Shown here: piece by piece, positions 25,192-37,099 of the stretch
Numbering within the stretch: the first letter of the stretch is position 1
Layout: every line of letters starts with the position of its first letter
NCBI GenBank assembly: GCA_000320545.1
Contig: ADNK01002191.1
Coordinates: 1 to 44,756, forward strand
Direction of reading: 5' to 3'
DNA length: 44,756 bases
From: Bigelowiella natans CCMP2755
Taxonomy: Eukaryota > Protista > Cercozoa
Position numbers and translations under genes: made by a program
Notes under the pieces: model-generated
What the model saw: only the letters and a program-made list of their open reading frames with translations
Told to the model about the DNA's origin: nothing
Database searches by the model: none

Positions 25192-26539
25192 TATTTGCCA
25201 GCGATCTACACGCTTCTTGTTCGCTTTCAGTTCTCTCACTCATCCTGCAGCTAAAGAACAATATGAAAATACGAGAGCTCGGAATCTTTAGATATATCAC
25301 TAGATAATATCCGCCAAACAGATCTCGCAGCAGGGGAAAAGCATCGCTGTTCTCTCGCTTATATTCATTGTATTTTATGCCTGTGTGCCTCCACCTTCGC
25401 ATTTCACCGCGAGGTGAAGGGCGGTGTATCCTGCGCTCGTAGCAAGGTTGACACTTGCAGAGTTCTCCAACAAGAACCTGCCACACGTTAGCTCATGGTT
25501 AGAAAGCGACGCCATGGAATCATCAACGGCCTGTGCATTCGCTTCGCGGCTGCGTTGTGATTTTGATGCAACTTGGCTAATTTCTGATTCCAGAGGAATG
25601 CAAAGTACATTCACTTCGTTATTTCATCCCATCTCTCGACAAAGGAGACGGCGTTTTAAGTAGGGGTTGCTGTGTGTTGTTGTCGTTGTTGTTATGGTCA
25701 GTTGTTTCTGCCACTAACTCTCCAGATTCCCTCTCCTCTGCCTTGGTTTGCATCGATTCAGGGATTGCAGCACATCGCACCGTACCTTGTTATTTCCGCG
25801 GAAGAATTCGTAAGAGACAGATGGAGCGGCGTGCCCACGGTCTTTCTCCCACCCCGAGCATTAACATCGGCTCTCGACGCGACCAGGAACTTAACGACAT
25901 CGAAGTGCTTGCCCGAGACCGCACGGTGGAGTGGGGATTCCTTTTTTGAGAAAATTTCATGCATTCCGTCGTTTCAAAGCTCTGATTTAACGGACTGTAT
26001 GACATCATCATTATGAGCCTTGAGGCTGTCTCGAAGTAACCGAGAACTAGTAGAAATACCTACCGACCGTGGCTGCGCCATCGATCTCACTGTTTACTTC
26101 CGCGTTTGCTTCAACTAGCAATTGGACCATTTGAAGGCTTCCCTGAGCGGCGGCAATATGGATAGGCTTCGAGCTGCTAGATCCCCCCTCGCTCGCCATA
26201 TTAGGATCCACCTGATAGGAATACATGAAATACCACAATTTGCCAAAGGTTAGACGTGAATAGCAATCTGTAATTTGTCACTACTTTAAATTCCAAGAGC
26301 CTCTGTGCATATTCGATATTATTGCCTTTAGTGGCCTTCAATAAGTCTGCCGAGCAGGGAACTAGTATGCAACAAAAAGATGAGTGCTTTTGGTAAAGTG
26401 GTGCGGGGTTTCGCCGGGAAAATGTGGAGAACGAGCGCACGCTGCACCATCAGGTTGGGGATCAAAATCATTAGATACATATTTAACTCTACTAAATACC
26501 TTTCGTCGCAGAGTAATATCGCGTTGCCCGGCACCCCAT
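22046..26539 (-). CDS. Multi-exon ankyrin-repeat protein; MGC N-terminus (possible myristoylation/palmitoylation) and acidic C-tail
   Basis: Repeated ankyrin motifs: KPIHIAAAQGSLQMVQLLVEANAEVN, ESPLHRAVSGKHFDVVKFLVASRADVN, GYTALHLA, GWEAIHFAAQRGNVDMCHLLVEAAADVN, NTPLHNAAQRNRFATVKYLIAAK. Last exon DDDDDNLSEISDN...DPD*. The start at 26539 is inferred from splice phase. Confidence 0.9.
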
Positions 26540-26976
26540 TGAAACTGTCGTCCAAATCCAGATGAGTTGCGTGTTCGGCTGGACTTGGTGACTAGGTGGG
26601 TGGGGGGGAAACCAGTTAAAATTCTTCCGTTGATGACCGTTCAAAAATGATGGATATTTCTATGTTAAGTTGCCTTCATTTCCGCCTTACGACAAAAATA
26701 GTATGCTGTCGTAGAGGAAGATTATTATAATTCACGAACAAAAGAAAAAGAAAAGGGATTTCAGATATGTGACAATGGTATTGCGGTCACATTTTATTAT
26801 ATCCAAAATGGGGATATTCCGTAAATGCGACAAAGGATTTATGATGTCGCAAATTCAAGATTGTTTCTTGACTTCTATCTGCTTCCCGAAACTTCAGGAA
26901 GAGGGACTGTGAAGGAACGAAGGAAGGGTGAGGAAGAGGAGAGAGAGAGAGAGAGGCTTGGAGTCATCCGCGCGCC

Positions 26977-29900
26977 ATGTCCGACCCTCCAGCTGCAAAG
27001 AAGAAGAAAAAGGCAGGGCCGTCCATTGCGAAGGTCGCAAATATTCTAATCTCCTCGCCCCAGTACAGGAGCTACAGCACGAAAAAGAGGCGAGCCGCCT
27101 TCGATAAATTTCTCGATCAAAAAGACCTCTCATCCCCAGAAGGCGCGCAGGAGGCCATGGAAACAGCCATTCGAATGTTCCTTGGAAATCTTCCAGGCCT
27201 GCCGAAGAAGCAGGCAGGCGCAGAGCAAGTGCGTATAACCCAGCTAACGAATTTCTTTGCGAGCTCTCTCCTAAACAAGGCCTTTGAGGCCAATCCGACG
27301 TATTGCCTGGGGGTTCTAAGCCCAGCAATGCTGCGTCCTCTCTCTCCGAAGAGCCTCGGCACGGTCGCGAGCAGCAGGGTCCTCGCGCTCTTCCGCGCCG
27401 TTTTCAAGGTCATCCGGCGCCTGTTTCCGTTGAACGAGCTGCTGCAACGGCTGGAGCTCCTGCGACCCGGTATCGATTCCTTAGTGAAGGAAAACAATCG
27501 ACAACCTGTCCCCCCCCTCTCGACGCAGATGGCACTGCTCTCCTTGCTAGAGGAGTTCCCGACCCTGGTTCCTCAGAGAGCTGAGTTTCGCACGTATGTT
27601 CTCGTGAGGTGGCTGGCGCAGCTGCCGGAGGTGCACGGAAAAGGCCCTCTTGGGAACAAGATCGCCCTCCTGATAAAAGCAGGCTGGCAAGATCCGACAA
27701 GGCTTCCATCTGAGAAAAAACAGCAGTGCGAAGCCGCTTTGAAGACAGCGTTCGCTTTCTTGTGCGGCTCTCCCCTCGGGCCGTCCCGGGAAGGCAGACG
27801 GAAGGATGGGGGGGAGGAGAAACAGCAACAAGGGCAGCATCAGCAGCGTCTTTCCCCCTCGATCGCCTTGCTATTTGACGCAATGCCTTCTGCCCTGGTG
27901 AGCGTGGTGCCAGAGTTTGTATCACGCGTTGCCCCCCACCTCGACGACCAAGTCCTCTTCGAGGCAGCCGTGCATATGGTGCTATGGAGAATGAACAGCG
28001 ACGTCAGCCAATGGACCGCGGCGCTCCTCCAGGGATACCTCAACGCCGATAAGTCGCACATCCTAGTCGAAGTGACGGCGAGGGCTGTGCACCCTCTCCT
28101 CGAGCAGCTGAAGCGGCCGGAGACGAGGGAGGGGGCCTTCCAGCTCGTGCGGTTCTTGCTCCTGGGCTGCCAGCATAGCAGCAGGACTTTCCGGGACAAT
28201 CTTCTCCATTTGAAGGAGATAGCCGTCACGGCGTTCGCGGAGGAGGAATCTGTGAGAGAGACCGATAACAACAACAGCAGCAGCAACACCACCACGACCA
28301 CGACGACGACTTCGATAGCCTCCTCCGCCTCTACGACACCCATTCGCGCAATGTTCGCACAGATGTGCTACTGCCTGATGTTCCAGCACGCCGGGTACCC
28401 CGTGGAATACCTCCCTCTCCTGGAGGCCCTGAAACCGCTTCTCAAGGCCCAGCCGAGCGAGAAGGAGAAGCTAGAGATCCTGGCCAAGTTCGCCTGGAGG
28501 CGGAGCGACGGCAGCCTCGTTTCTGACAGTCTGGATCGGACGGATGGTAACAACGCCACCACGGCCCTGGTAGCGTCGTTGCAAGAGGAGCAAAAACGAC
28601 GCCGCCATCACACTCCCCTCGGCCTCTCCAACATGGGCAATACTTGCTACATGAACTCCGTGCTCCAGGCGCTATACCTATCCGACCGCTTCCGGAGCGC
28701 GGTCTTGGGCTACGAAAAACGCCTCCGGGTGAGGGGGGGAGGGGCGGGGGCCGGGGCCGGGGCGGCGGGGGGGTCGTCTGGTGAGCTCGGCGGCGCTCGG
28801 ACGATGCTGACGAAGCTGCAAAACGTCTTTGCGTTCCTGCATTTGTCTCACCGGAAGGTCCATGCCCCTCGAGAGCTACTTCGCAGCCTGCCGCAGATCT
28901 ACAGCAACGGCTCGCAGCAGGATGCCACGGAGTTTGCCAAGTACCTCCTAGACCGCGTTGACGCCGTCCTGCTCGAGGGGCAGCAGGGGCTGGGAGAAAG
29001 TGGGAGGGGCGGGGGAGGGGAAAGGCGAGAGACGACCGAGGATAGTGGTAAGGAGAGGGGGGAGCAGGGGGCTGCGAAGTTCTCGAAAGCCGGAGAGGCA
29101 TCGCAGGAGAACAGAGGGGTGAAACGGGAAGATGACATTCAAGTCGGCCCAACTGAGAACGCCACTCTTCCTCCTCCAGCAGCTGGGAAAATGGAGATTG
29201 ATGAGAAAACTACGGCGAATTCACCCGCGCCGTCATCGTTGTCGCCATCAAACAAGAGCAGCAGCAGCAGCAGAACAGGATTCCAGGGGGTCTTGAGATC
29301 CGAAGTTGAGTGTCAGGAATGCCAAACCGTATCTATGCGCCAGGAGAAATTCACCGAAATCTCCGTGTCCTTCCCCCCCCCCGAGGCGAGCTCGGAGGGA
29401 GAGAGGCCAGGGGGTGAGATGACGCTGGAACGGATGCTGGAAGGGCACTTCTCGCCCGAGGACCTCTCCGGGCCAAACGCCTTCCGCTGCTCGAAATGCG
29501 GGAAGAAGACGCGAGCGGTCAAACGGCTCTCAATTCGTAGCGCCCCCGAGCACCTCATCGTCAACATCAAGAGGCATCGATATGACCCCCGCAGCGGCAT
29601 CAGCAAGGAAATGGCGGACGTTAAATACCCGGAGATCCTACAGCTCCAAACCTCTTCCACCGAAGCGCGGGGGGGCGGTGGTCGGGAACGACTCGCACGC
29701 CATTATTCCTCCTCACCCCCTTCGCTCTCGAGCGGTACCGATCGGGGAGGCGGGGGTTGGGGCCGGCAGAGCGAGAGGTATGCGCTTTATGCGGCGATTA
29801 TTCACTCGGGGAGGTCGTTTCAGTACGGGCACTACTACGTGGTGGGTCGGTCAAGCGAAGGCGCAGTTACGAATGTCATCCCCTCCTCGGAAGAGGAGGG

Positions 29901-30585
29901 ACATCGAGGCCACGTGCAGTCTCCTTTCACTGAGGAAGCAGATGAAGGATCGAAACAAACGGGAGAAGAGGCGAAGGCCTCCTCCTCCTCCTCCTCCTCC
30001 TCCTCATCCTCATCCTCCTCAATATCAGCGGCATCATCGTCATCATCATCGCCCTCTATCTCCCTATCTGCCCCCCCCTCTCTCACCTCATGGCACGTGT
30101 TCAATGACTCCTCGGTGTCGCCCTCAACGCGCGGCATCCTGGAGAACATCACGACGTCATTTCCGAACGACGTGGCATACGCGCTCTTCTACCGCCGCAT
30201 CGATGATGATGATGATGGTGGTGATGATGATGGCGATGAGGAGAAGAGAAACGGCACGAAGAAAGGGGAGGGGGGCTGTGCAGCAGGCGTACCCGCCCCC
30301 ATCGTGCGAATGGTCGCTCGCGACAACACCGCTTACAAAGCTGAGATGAGCCGTTTGCGGGCATACCAGGCTTCGGCAGCAGCAGCCTCAGGTTCCCGCA
30401 GCAACTACGCCTCCGCTGCGGTCCTGCACGGAGGAGGGGGGGGGTCGGCTTTGAGGGACTTTAATCGTGGCGGGCTAATGGGTGCTCCGGAGCTCTTCAA
30501 CAAATCGAGGGAGAGGGTCACGCAGGGCTATAGCGATGCGAAGATGCATGATGGCACTGAATATGTAGACCCCGATTTCGAGTAG
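26977..30585 (+). CDS. Ubiquitin-specific protease (peptidase C19), USP35/USP38-like, intronless
   Basis: 1202-aa ORF with Cys box GLSNMGNTCYMNSVLQAL, QQDATEF, two CxxC zinc-finger pairs, His box HSGRSFQYGHYY, WHVFNDSSV and AYALFYRR, plus a long helical N-terminal region. Confidence 0.93.
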   Translation: MSDPPAAKKKKKAGPSIAKVANILISSPQYRSYSTKKRRAAFDKFLDQKDLSSPEGAQEAMETAIRMFLGNLPGLPKKQAGAEQVRITQLTNFFASSLLNKAFEANPTYCLGVLSPAMLRPLSPKSLGTVASSRVLALFRAVFKVIRRLFPLNELLQRLELLRPGIDSLVKENNRQPVPPLSTQMALLSLLEEFPTLVPQRAEFRTYVLVRWLAQLPEVHGKGPLGNKIALLIKAGWQDPTRLPSEKKQQCEAALKTAFAFLCGSPLGPSREGRRKDGGEEKQQQGQHQQRLSPSIALLFDAMPSALVSVVPEFVSRVAPHLDDQVLFEAAVHMVLWRMNSDVSQWTAALLQGYLNADKSHILVEVTARAVHPLLEQLKRPETREGAFQLVRFLLLGCQHSSRTFRDNLLHLKEIAVTAFAEEESVRETDNNNSSSNTTTTTTTTSIASSASTTPIRAMFAQMCYCLMFQHAGYPVEYLPLLEALKPLLKAQPSEKEKLEILAKFAWRRSDGSLVSDSLDRTDGNNATTALVASLQEEQKRRRHHTPLGLSNMGNTCYMNSVLQALYLSDRFRSAVLGYEKRLRVRGGGAGAGAGAAGGSSGELGGARTMLTKLQNVFAFLHLSHRKVHAPRELLRSLPQIYSNGSQQDATEFAKYLLDRVDAVLLEGQQGLGESGRGGGGERRETTEDSGKERGEQGAAKFSKAGEASQENRGVKREDDIQVGPTENATLPPPAAGKMEIDEKTTANSPAPSSLSPSNKSSSSSRTGFQGVLRSEVECQECQTVSMRQEKFTEISVSFPPPEASSEGERPGGEMTLERMLEGHFSPEDLSGPNAFRCSKCGKKTRAVKRLSIRSAPEHLIVNIKRHRYDPRSGISKEMADVKYPEILQLQTSSTEARGGGGRERLARHYSSSPPSLSSGTDRGGGGWGRQSERYALYAAIIHSGRSFQYGHYYVVGRSSEGAVTNVIPSSEEEGHRGHVQSPFTEEADEGSKQTGEEAKASSSSSSSSSSSSSSISAASSSSSSPSISLSAPPSLTSWHVFNDSSVSPSTRGILENITTSFPNDVAYALFYRRIDDDDDGGDDDGDEEKRNGTKKGEGGCAAGVPAPIVRMVARDNTAYKAEMSRLRAYQASAAAASGSRSNYASAAVLHGGGGGSALRDFNRGGLMGAPELFNKSRERVTQGYSDAKMHDGTEYVDPDFE

Positions 30586-31170
30586 TAGTAATAGTAGTAG
30601 TACGGTGTACGCATATCAAATGGCAAAGCGTTTATTGTAACGTGCGATCCTGAAGTTTAAACCGTACATTACGCATTACGATCTTTGATTCTTTGTGAGT
30701 GCTGATGCTGCATGAGATTATTGGTGCGGTCGATAACGCAGCCCGCTTAGCATGTGCTTCATGCACGGGCCGCTGGCTGCTGCTATAATAACGTTTTAGT
30801 CGGGGAGCTTGCCGTGTAATGCGTTGCCGTCTGTAGTATTGTGTGCATGATACACTACTCTGATCGACGATGATAGTGAATGCATAAGGCTCATCTCCTC
30901 AAACTAAATGCGACATATGTAAAGCTGTGAGGCACTTCAACAAAAATTCTACGCTATTTTCAGGTGGATAGCGTGCGAGCGTGCGATGTAAATTGTGTCG
31001 CGACATGTCCAGATATGCTTTAACTATAAGAGACAATTCGCACTGAACACTAACGACTTTATTCAAGCCATACATAGCGAACATGATATCGGCCGGCTAG
31101 CATTCAATGCTCGAATACACTTTAGTTGCTGTTGCTTGTTTTGGCAGGAAAATGCACGTTTACTGAGTTG

Positions 31171-32475
31171 TTAGTACAGCTGAAGCTGTGACGGCAAAGG
31201 TTTCAGAAATTGCTCAATAGCAGCCCGCTTCTTCATTTCATTAGTATCGTAATAGCATTTAAATATTGCCCTCAACTTGCTTTGGAATTCTGTTCCCGTA
31301 GAGTGTCGTTTTTCATCGGCAGAGAATTGAAATATCTTCGCCTTGTTGGGATCCATGAGGATTTTGGGATTCGCAGAAAGGCGGCATTGCCCGTACTTCG
31401 GAGGGGCACTTTCAAGCGCTTTCCGAAGAGAAGGCCGATTGGGATCGAACCTTCCATACGCAAAGCAACCATAGGCCAAATCATCGACCACATCTTTCCG
31501 AATAAAAATCTGAAGTAGGTTTCCCCTCAGGGTGGTCGGTGGAGGTGTCCGCAAGTGTCCGGTAGTGTCGGGGGGTTTGGAGCTCCGTATAACTGCTCCT
31601 GAGGTCCCAAACGCCTCTAGAGGGTATCTGTACCTCCCTGCAAGCTCGCAGATCTCACTTTTCAATTGCATCGCCTCTATTTTGGAGAGAACGTCATCGA
31701 TGATGCCCCCGACTCCGCAAGCACAGTATCCGCTTGCAAAGCTTGAAGGCGTAGCCTCGCTCGTATCATACAAGCTGGTATTCCCCGCGATCGCAATGCT
31801 TCTGAACGTTGCGTTGTGGTCGTTTCCCCAGTTGTTGTCGTCTACCTTTGTCATAGAGCTCCCCTGATAATGGTTTTTTAACTTCTCCTTAAGAACTGAC
31901 GCATTTGGAGCTAGTAAGAAAGGGCTCGTGTGAAGCCTTGGGAGAACGCTTTGCCCTTCCCAGCCTAGAAGGACTGCAGCGAGGGCCGAGTAGACTTCGT
32001 AGATAACTGCTGATGCGCAGTACACGTGATGAATTGGCACGTAACCGTCATTATATTTCTTTTCGTTATCTTCGATTTCCTTCAGGAGTGATTTCATGAA
32101 AGGGTTCACCGCAGAATGTGTTGTTGACGGCGCACTATAGAGAGTAGGAAGAAGTGTAGCACCATCGCTCGATGTGAAGTCTTTGAAAGCAGAGGTGGGT
32201 TTAAATGCTATTAATTTCTTCGTTTCAGTTCTACTGGATTCAGTGTAGCTTTCCCCATGTAAGGTGGTACAAAGCTCATGTTGCTGTTTCTTAACCTTTT
32301 CAGCTGATTCTTCCCGAAATCGCTTCTTCCGCCTCCTCCTCTTCCTCTTCCTCTTCCTTCTCACCATTTTCGTTACGCCCCTCTTGTACGAGTCTTGAGT
32401 TTGAGCTTGTGTTTTTGATCGCAAGTCTATCCCTCGCGAGGAGTGCGAAGCCATCCCGTCCATATCCGAGTACAT
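31171..32475 (-). CDS. Uncharacterised protein, apparently intronless
   Basis: Long open frame (first ATG at 32475) with a basic NLS-like run and a globular-looking C-terminal 300 aa (YVPIHH...NDHNATFRSIAIAGN...GNLLQIFIRKDVVDDLAYGCFAYG...YGQCRL). Confidence 0.75.
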   Translation of the reverse strand: MYSDMDGMASHSSRGIDLRSKTQAQTQDSYKRGVTKMVRRKRKRKRRRRKKRFREESAEKVKKQQHELCTTLHGESYTESSRTETKKLIAFKPTSAFKDFTSSDGATLLPTLYSAPSTTHSAVNPFMKSLLKEIEDNEKKYNDGYVPIHHVYCASAVIYEVYSALAAVLLGWEGQSVLPRLHTSPFLLAPNASVLKEKLKNHYQGSSMTKVDDNNWGNDHNATFRSIAIAGNTSLYDTSEATPSSFASGYCACGVGGIIDDVLSKIEAMQLKSEICELAGRYRYPLEAFGTSGAVIRSSKPPDTTGHLRTPPPTTLRGNLLQIFIRKDVVDDLAYGCFAYGRFDPNRPSLRKALESAPPKYGQCRLSANPKILMDPNKAKIFQFSADEKRHSTGTEFQSKLRAIFKCYYDTNEMKKRAAIEQFLKPLPSQLQLY

Positions 32476-33117
32476 AGTGTTTGGGCAAGGAAGCGAAGCG
32501 ACGGGTGCGAGGTGAATCACAACTCAGACACAATAGGTGGATTCTACATAGGCCTTGGACCTAAATCCGAGTCAAGTTCTGGCTAAGAAGAACGTCGAGG
32601 GGTCAAGTCTGCCTCTATTCGGGGCTCGGCTATCCTCCGGAGCATGATTTTCCCCTCTCGTTGACCCTCCTCGGAACCCGAGGAAGAAATATGACAGCAA
32701 GGAAATCCTGAAATGACCACAATTTCAAGGGAGATTTACGGGTCCGACAAAGATTCTTTGCGAGTCGCGGAGTAGAATTCTGCGTCTATTCTTAGGAGAA
32801 TAATCTCGGCTCGTGTTTGCAACAGGGAAGTTTCTCGAGGAAAATTGTCAGGAGATACGGGTGTCAAAACTTACGCCTACAGCTGCGACAACAGCAGACT
32901 CGATCTGACATTTTGGTACATACCGAAAACATCTGGGGTTTTCTTCCTGCGACAACGTTTCTAACACAGTTTTTTCCGTTTGATATTTGGAAGTCGCAGG
33001 CTCGGATTCCCTTGCGATTGCCTTCGCTCGGCCCTCGGCCTCTTGCAGAGTTCCGAGCGGAATGGCGACGTGGTGTGCCCAACACACTGCCTCTCTTCCC
33101 CCTCTCACAACACCATA

Positions 33118-33985
33118 ATGTGGATCCACAACTCTATGATTACGGTGGTGAAACTCACCGCCTCGCTTGCTACAAGTGCCATCGTGTATAAAATACTTCG
33201 AAAGGCTCTGCTCGAGAACAAGCCTGTAGACTGCATACGTAAGGGTCACAATTATCCCTTTCTTCCGCCGCTCTGCGACTAGACACGCGATGCTGCCCCC
33301 TTCCTTCCCCGACGTTATTGAGCTGTGATATTCTATTTGGCACATTTTCCCCTCCCAAACACGATCTATCTCGAATGGGAGCACATGATGGACAATTACG
33401 CGAGAGCTCACAAATCGTTCGCTCTCATATCACTTCTGGCCGAGGAAAATGATAAGCACCATTGTGATGCACCTTAGTGATTCAATTGAATCGTAAAATT
33501 TTGTAGAGCCTATACTTTTGCGGTTTCTGTACTTGGGAGAAACACCCACGCTTTCCCGTTTTTTGGTCAGATGAATGCCGACATGGAGAGGACGACGATG
33601 AAGCCGCGCCACTCGTTATCGCTTATGATTGCGGGACCGAGAGCCTGCGTGTGGTGAGATGATATTAGCATATGACTAGACCGCTGAATAAATCTGTTGC
33701 TTGAAAAAAGCAAAAAGCACAAAACAAGACCCTGCAGCAAACAAAATCATCGTTCCCTTGAATTTGGAGCTTGAGGCACACTAACCTCCCCCCCCCCCCC
33801 CCCCCCCCTTGTCCCTTTGTTTGACGATCGTAGGAAGTAGTAACGTTGTCGTGGGCTTGCAGCGGAATATATCTGAGCGGCAGCGACGTATGATACAGCA
33901 GAACGGTGTTTTTGGTAGTCAACTCACCCCAAATATCACGTGACATAAATACAGCGAGAAGGAGAGCGAGCTTTCCTCCTCCTCC

Positions 33986-34017
<32 letters not shown>

Positions 34018-34305
34018 ATCTTCATCTTCATCTTCAAGGAAGAATCATTCTCGTAGATCATTCGTTACCGCTGCCATTTGGTGCCTCATGGTGGCTGTTA
34101 TCTGCATACTATCAGGGCCTTTTCCTGACGCCGTTATCCCTGGTTTTGAGCTGCTGGAGGCCGGGCAGGTACCGCCGCAGTTGTTTCAGCAGACAACAAT
34201 GCACGCAGCCATCGTATGTCTGGAAGAAGAAGAGAGCGTCCTTCATTCCGACTTCGATCGTCTTTCTCGGCACCGCACATGCTATGCGTGAAACGCGGTG
34301 GTGGA

Positions 34306-34337
<32 letters not shown>

Positions 34338-34689
34338 ATGATGGTGGTGATGGTGATAATGACGACGGCGGCAATCACGACACCATTGCTTTCTCGATGA
34401 GGGAGACGCACGCCGTGATATGAACGCTTTTGTTTGGGTAAAGCCCTCGACGGGCTCGATGCTCAGTTGGTTCCAGAGAAACTTCGCGCCGCATTCGTCC
34501 TTTCGCGAGCTCGATCTCAAAGCCGCCGAGGTCGTCATCACTGCTTGCTCCAGAGCAGTCTACCATAAATTGCCCTGCGAGTGGTTGCAGGATCAGAGTC
34601 ACCAGAAAAGGCGATTGCACAGATTTCGGAGCACCCGCTCACATCCACCAATCCCGCCACGAGACACCATTTCTCCCTATGCGAGAGTT

Positions 34690-34762
<73 letters not shown>

Positions 34763-35054
34763 GAATCGCATAGATACCCGTCGGATCTGGAGGGCTACTA
34801 GTATTAGACTGCTTTCAAGGGTAACTAACTGTGCGCATTTCGAATGCTGCTTCTTGTACTGTAAGAGATTTACACTCGCAACACGAAATACCACCGCCCC
34901 CTCCCCCCCCTTTTCCACAGATGCCGTACGCCTCACATCGATAGCAAGGCGAGGGGAGTCATTATTGGTAGTAGCAGGTTTTTCCCTATTTGCCAAACTA
35001 AATGCGCGAGTGGCGGAGTGCGAACGTACATGGCTTACAACAACGCAACGAATA

Positions 35055-35099
<45 letters not shown>

Positions 35100-35128
35100 T
35101 TATAAATGTATTGGATGGGGATGAGGAA

Positions 35129-35172
<44 letters not shown>

Positions 35173-35465
35173 GGTAGATTATATGCTTTCTTGTTCTCTG
35201 ATGGTTCTAAGGTTTTTTTCAAAAAACTACTCTTGAAAGGGGGTAGCTACTCTCCTCATCTTTTCTCTGCGTTGTACGAATCCCTTAATTCCATGCGTTC
35301 TTACGTGTTGTGCTCGGATGTTGATCGACGTGCGAATTCCCCTGCTGTTTCGCAGTGAAAAAGGCCTCTCCCTTGCTACGAGAGTAGAAGAGGTAGATTG
35401 CTCTGTCGCCCACACATGCGAACACACACACGCACACAGACTTACGTTGTGCAAACATATTTCCG

Positions 35466-35511
<46 letters not shown>

Positions 35512-35519
35512 AATATATT

Positions 35520-35556
<37 letters not shown>

Positions 35557-35557
35557 C

Positions 35558-35589
<32 letters not shown>

Positions 35590-36802
35590 CTTGCGTGTGC
35601 AATTGTTGTGGGTTTGTGTGACGGCGCTCAAGATTTACCGCGCCATGCTCGAGTCCATTGCATACGGCACTCGAAGGGCGTTAGAAGGGGTGCAAGGTAT
35701 TTGATGATATTGTCGTTAACGACGGTAGTGAAACATCGCCTTATATAGTAGTTCTTCCACGGAAGAGATCTACCATCTGCCTTTTCCTCGCCATAATCAG
35801 TTATGATTGAGCATGCTTGAGAGCCCCATCTTGTTCTTCTAACGACTTTTTCTCACTTCCGCATCGTCGGTTGGGTTTGCGTCGCGTTGGAATGGATTTG
35901 TTTGCAGCTGGACGCCATGGCGGGGAGAGCAAAGGCGTGAGGGAGGTTGTCGTGGTTGGCGGCGCGACGAAGTCGGAGATTTTCATGGGGGTAGTCACTG
36001 TTACAAAAGCATAGCATTCCAGCTGCTTCCTATCAAATACGAGATGACTAGAAGATTCGATAAATCGAGAGAGCGTGCGGTTTTTTTTTTTGGTAATCAT
36101 CTTGGCCATGCGTCAGTAAGTGCGTCAGTCATTGAGTTTCATCCTTTGTGTGGGTGGCAAAGCAGCAGCCGCCACTGTTCGCGCTTGCCTCGTAATAATC
36201 CCAAGCCGTACGATGATGACAACCACAACGCCAACGACTTGTGCATTATGTACTGCCACGACTGTTTACCGGCAACTCTTGACTCTCTTTTCCGACGGCA
36301 AACTACAGATCTTCGCGGATGTTCTCGGGGTCGAGTTGGTGACTCTTGACTCTCCGAATGCGGCTATGCTCTCCGCTGCCGTTGTCGCTTCTGCGGGGCT
36401 TAGAATTTCAGGTCGGATTCAAAAGGGACGGGGTATTTCGTAGTGAAATAGGCGAGGCTCGCTGATATTGTGCTATCTAGCTATGGCGAAACATGCAATT
36501 AGTTTGGTCTATTTGATCGGCGTTCGTGAAAAACTGACTGTGGCTGTAGCTGCTGAGTTCATAGGAACGTTGGTGGAGGACGCTATTTTTGAGATAGCAA
36601 ATGATGTGTGCTCCTTGTCGCTACAGGTGGAAATCTGGCCGAAACTAGCCAGAAGTTTGTTCGTGTCGGCCGTCGGTACTCTCCGGACAAGGCGCGACAT
36701 GAACTCTACCAAACGCTGTACTCTAACTATCTTTCAATTTATCCGTCGCTGAGAACAACGATGCATAACTTGGTGGACAATAATACCGAAAAGACATCAT
36801 GA
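33118..36802 (+). CDS. FGGY-family carbohydrate (pentulose/ribulose-type) kinase; most of the N-terminal domain is absent in this sequence
   Basis: Phosphate-1 motif VIAYDCGTESLRV, then C-domain exons GVFGPFPDAVIPGFELLEAGQPSTGSMLSWF, IPVGSGGLLVLDCFQGCRTPHIDSKARGVIIGLSL, IYRAMLESIAYGTR, VVVGGATKSEIFMGIFADVLG; TGA at 36802. Confidence 0.85.
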
Positions 36803-37099
36803 TTTAACACTGTTCATCGTCACACGAACAATTTCGCTTCCCTCTCTTCAATTATGCTCTGCATACATGTCAAGCGCAATTATGACACGGGAACGCACCG
36901 CAGTCCTCGCATACTATCTCGTAACCTAGTAACGCTCGCATCACAATGTGTGCTGACCATGCATCCCGTCGGCCGACGACTCGCCCTCATCTGGATCACA
37001 GCATGCAGCGTCAAACCAGAATGCATGCATGTGTGCATTTATTTTTTGCTCGAGCACAGCAAGCCACGCAACATTGGACACAATGAACATAGGGTTTAG

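Noticed and set aside
27900-29200. Low TpA inside the USP ORF as a third mutated tract
   Set aside because: GC-rich coding DNA that still uses TAC/TAT/CTA codons in non-CTAG contexts; ordinary codon bias explains it.
32596-32682. Hairpin-forming sequence as a tRNA or ncRNA
   Set aside because: No T-loop/D-loop consensus or cloverleaf; only short inverted repeats in a presumed promoter region.
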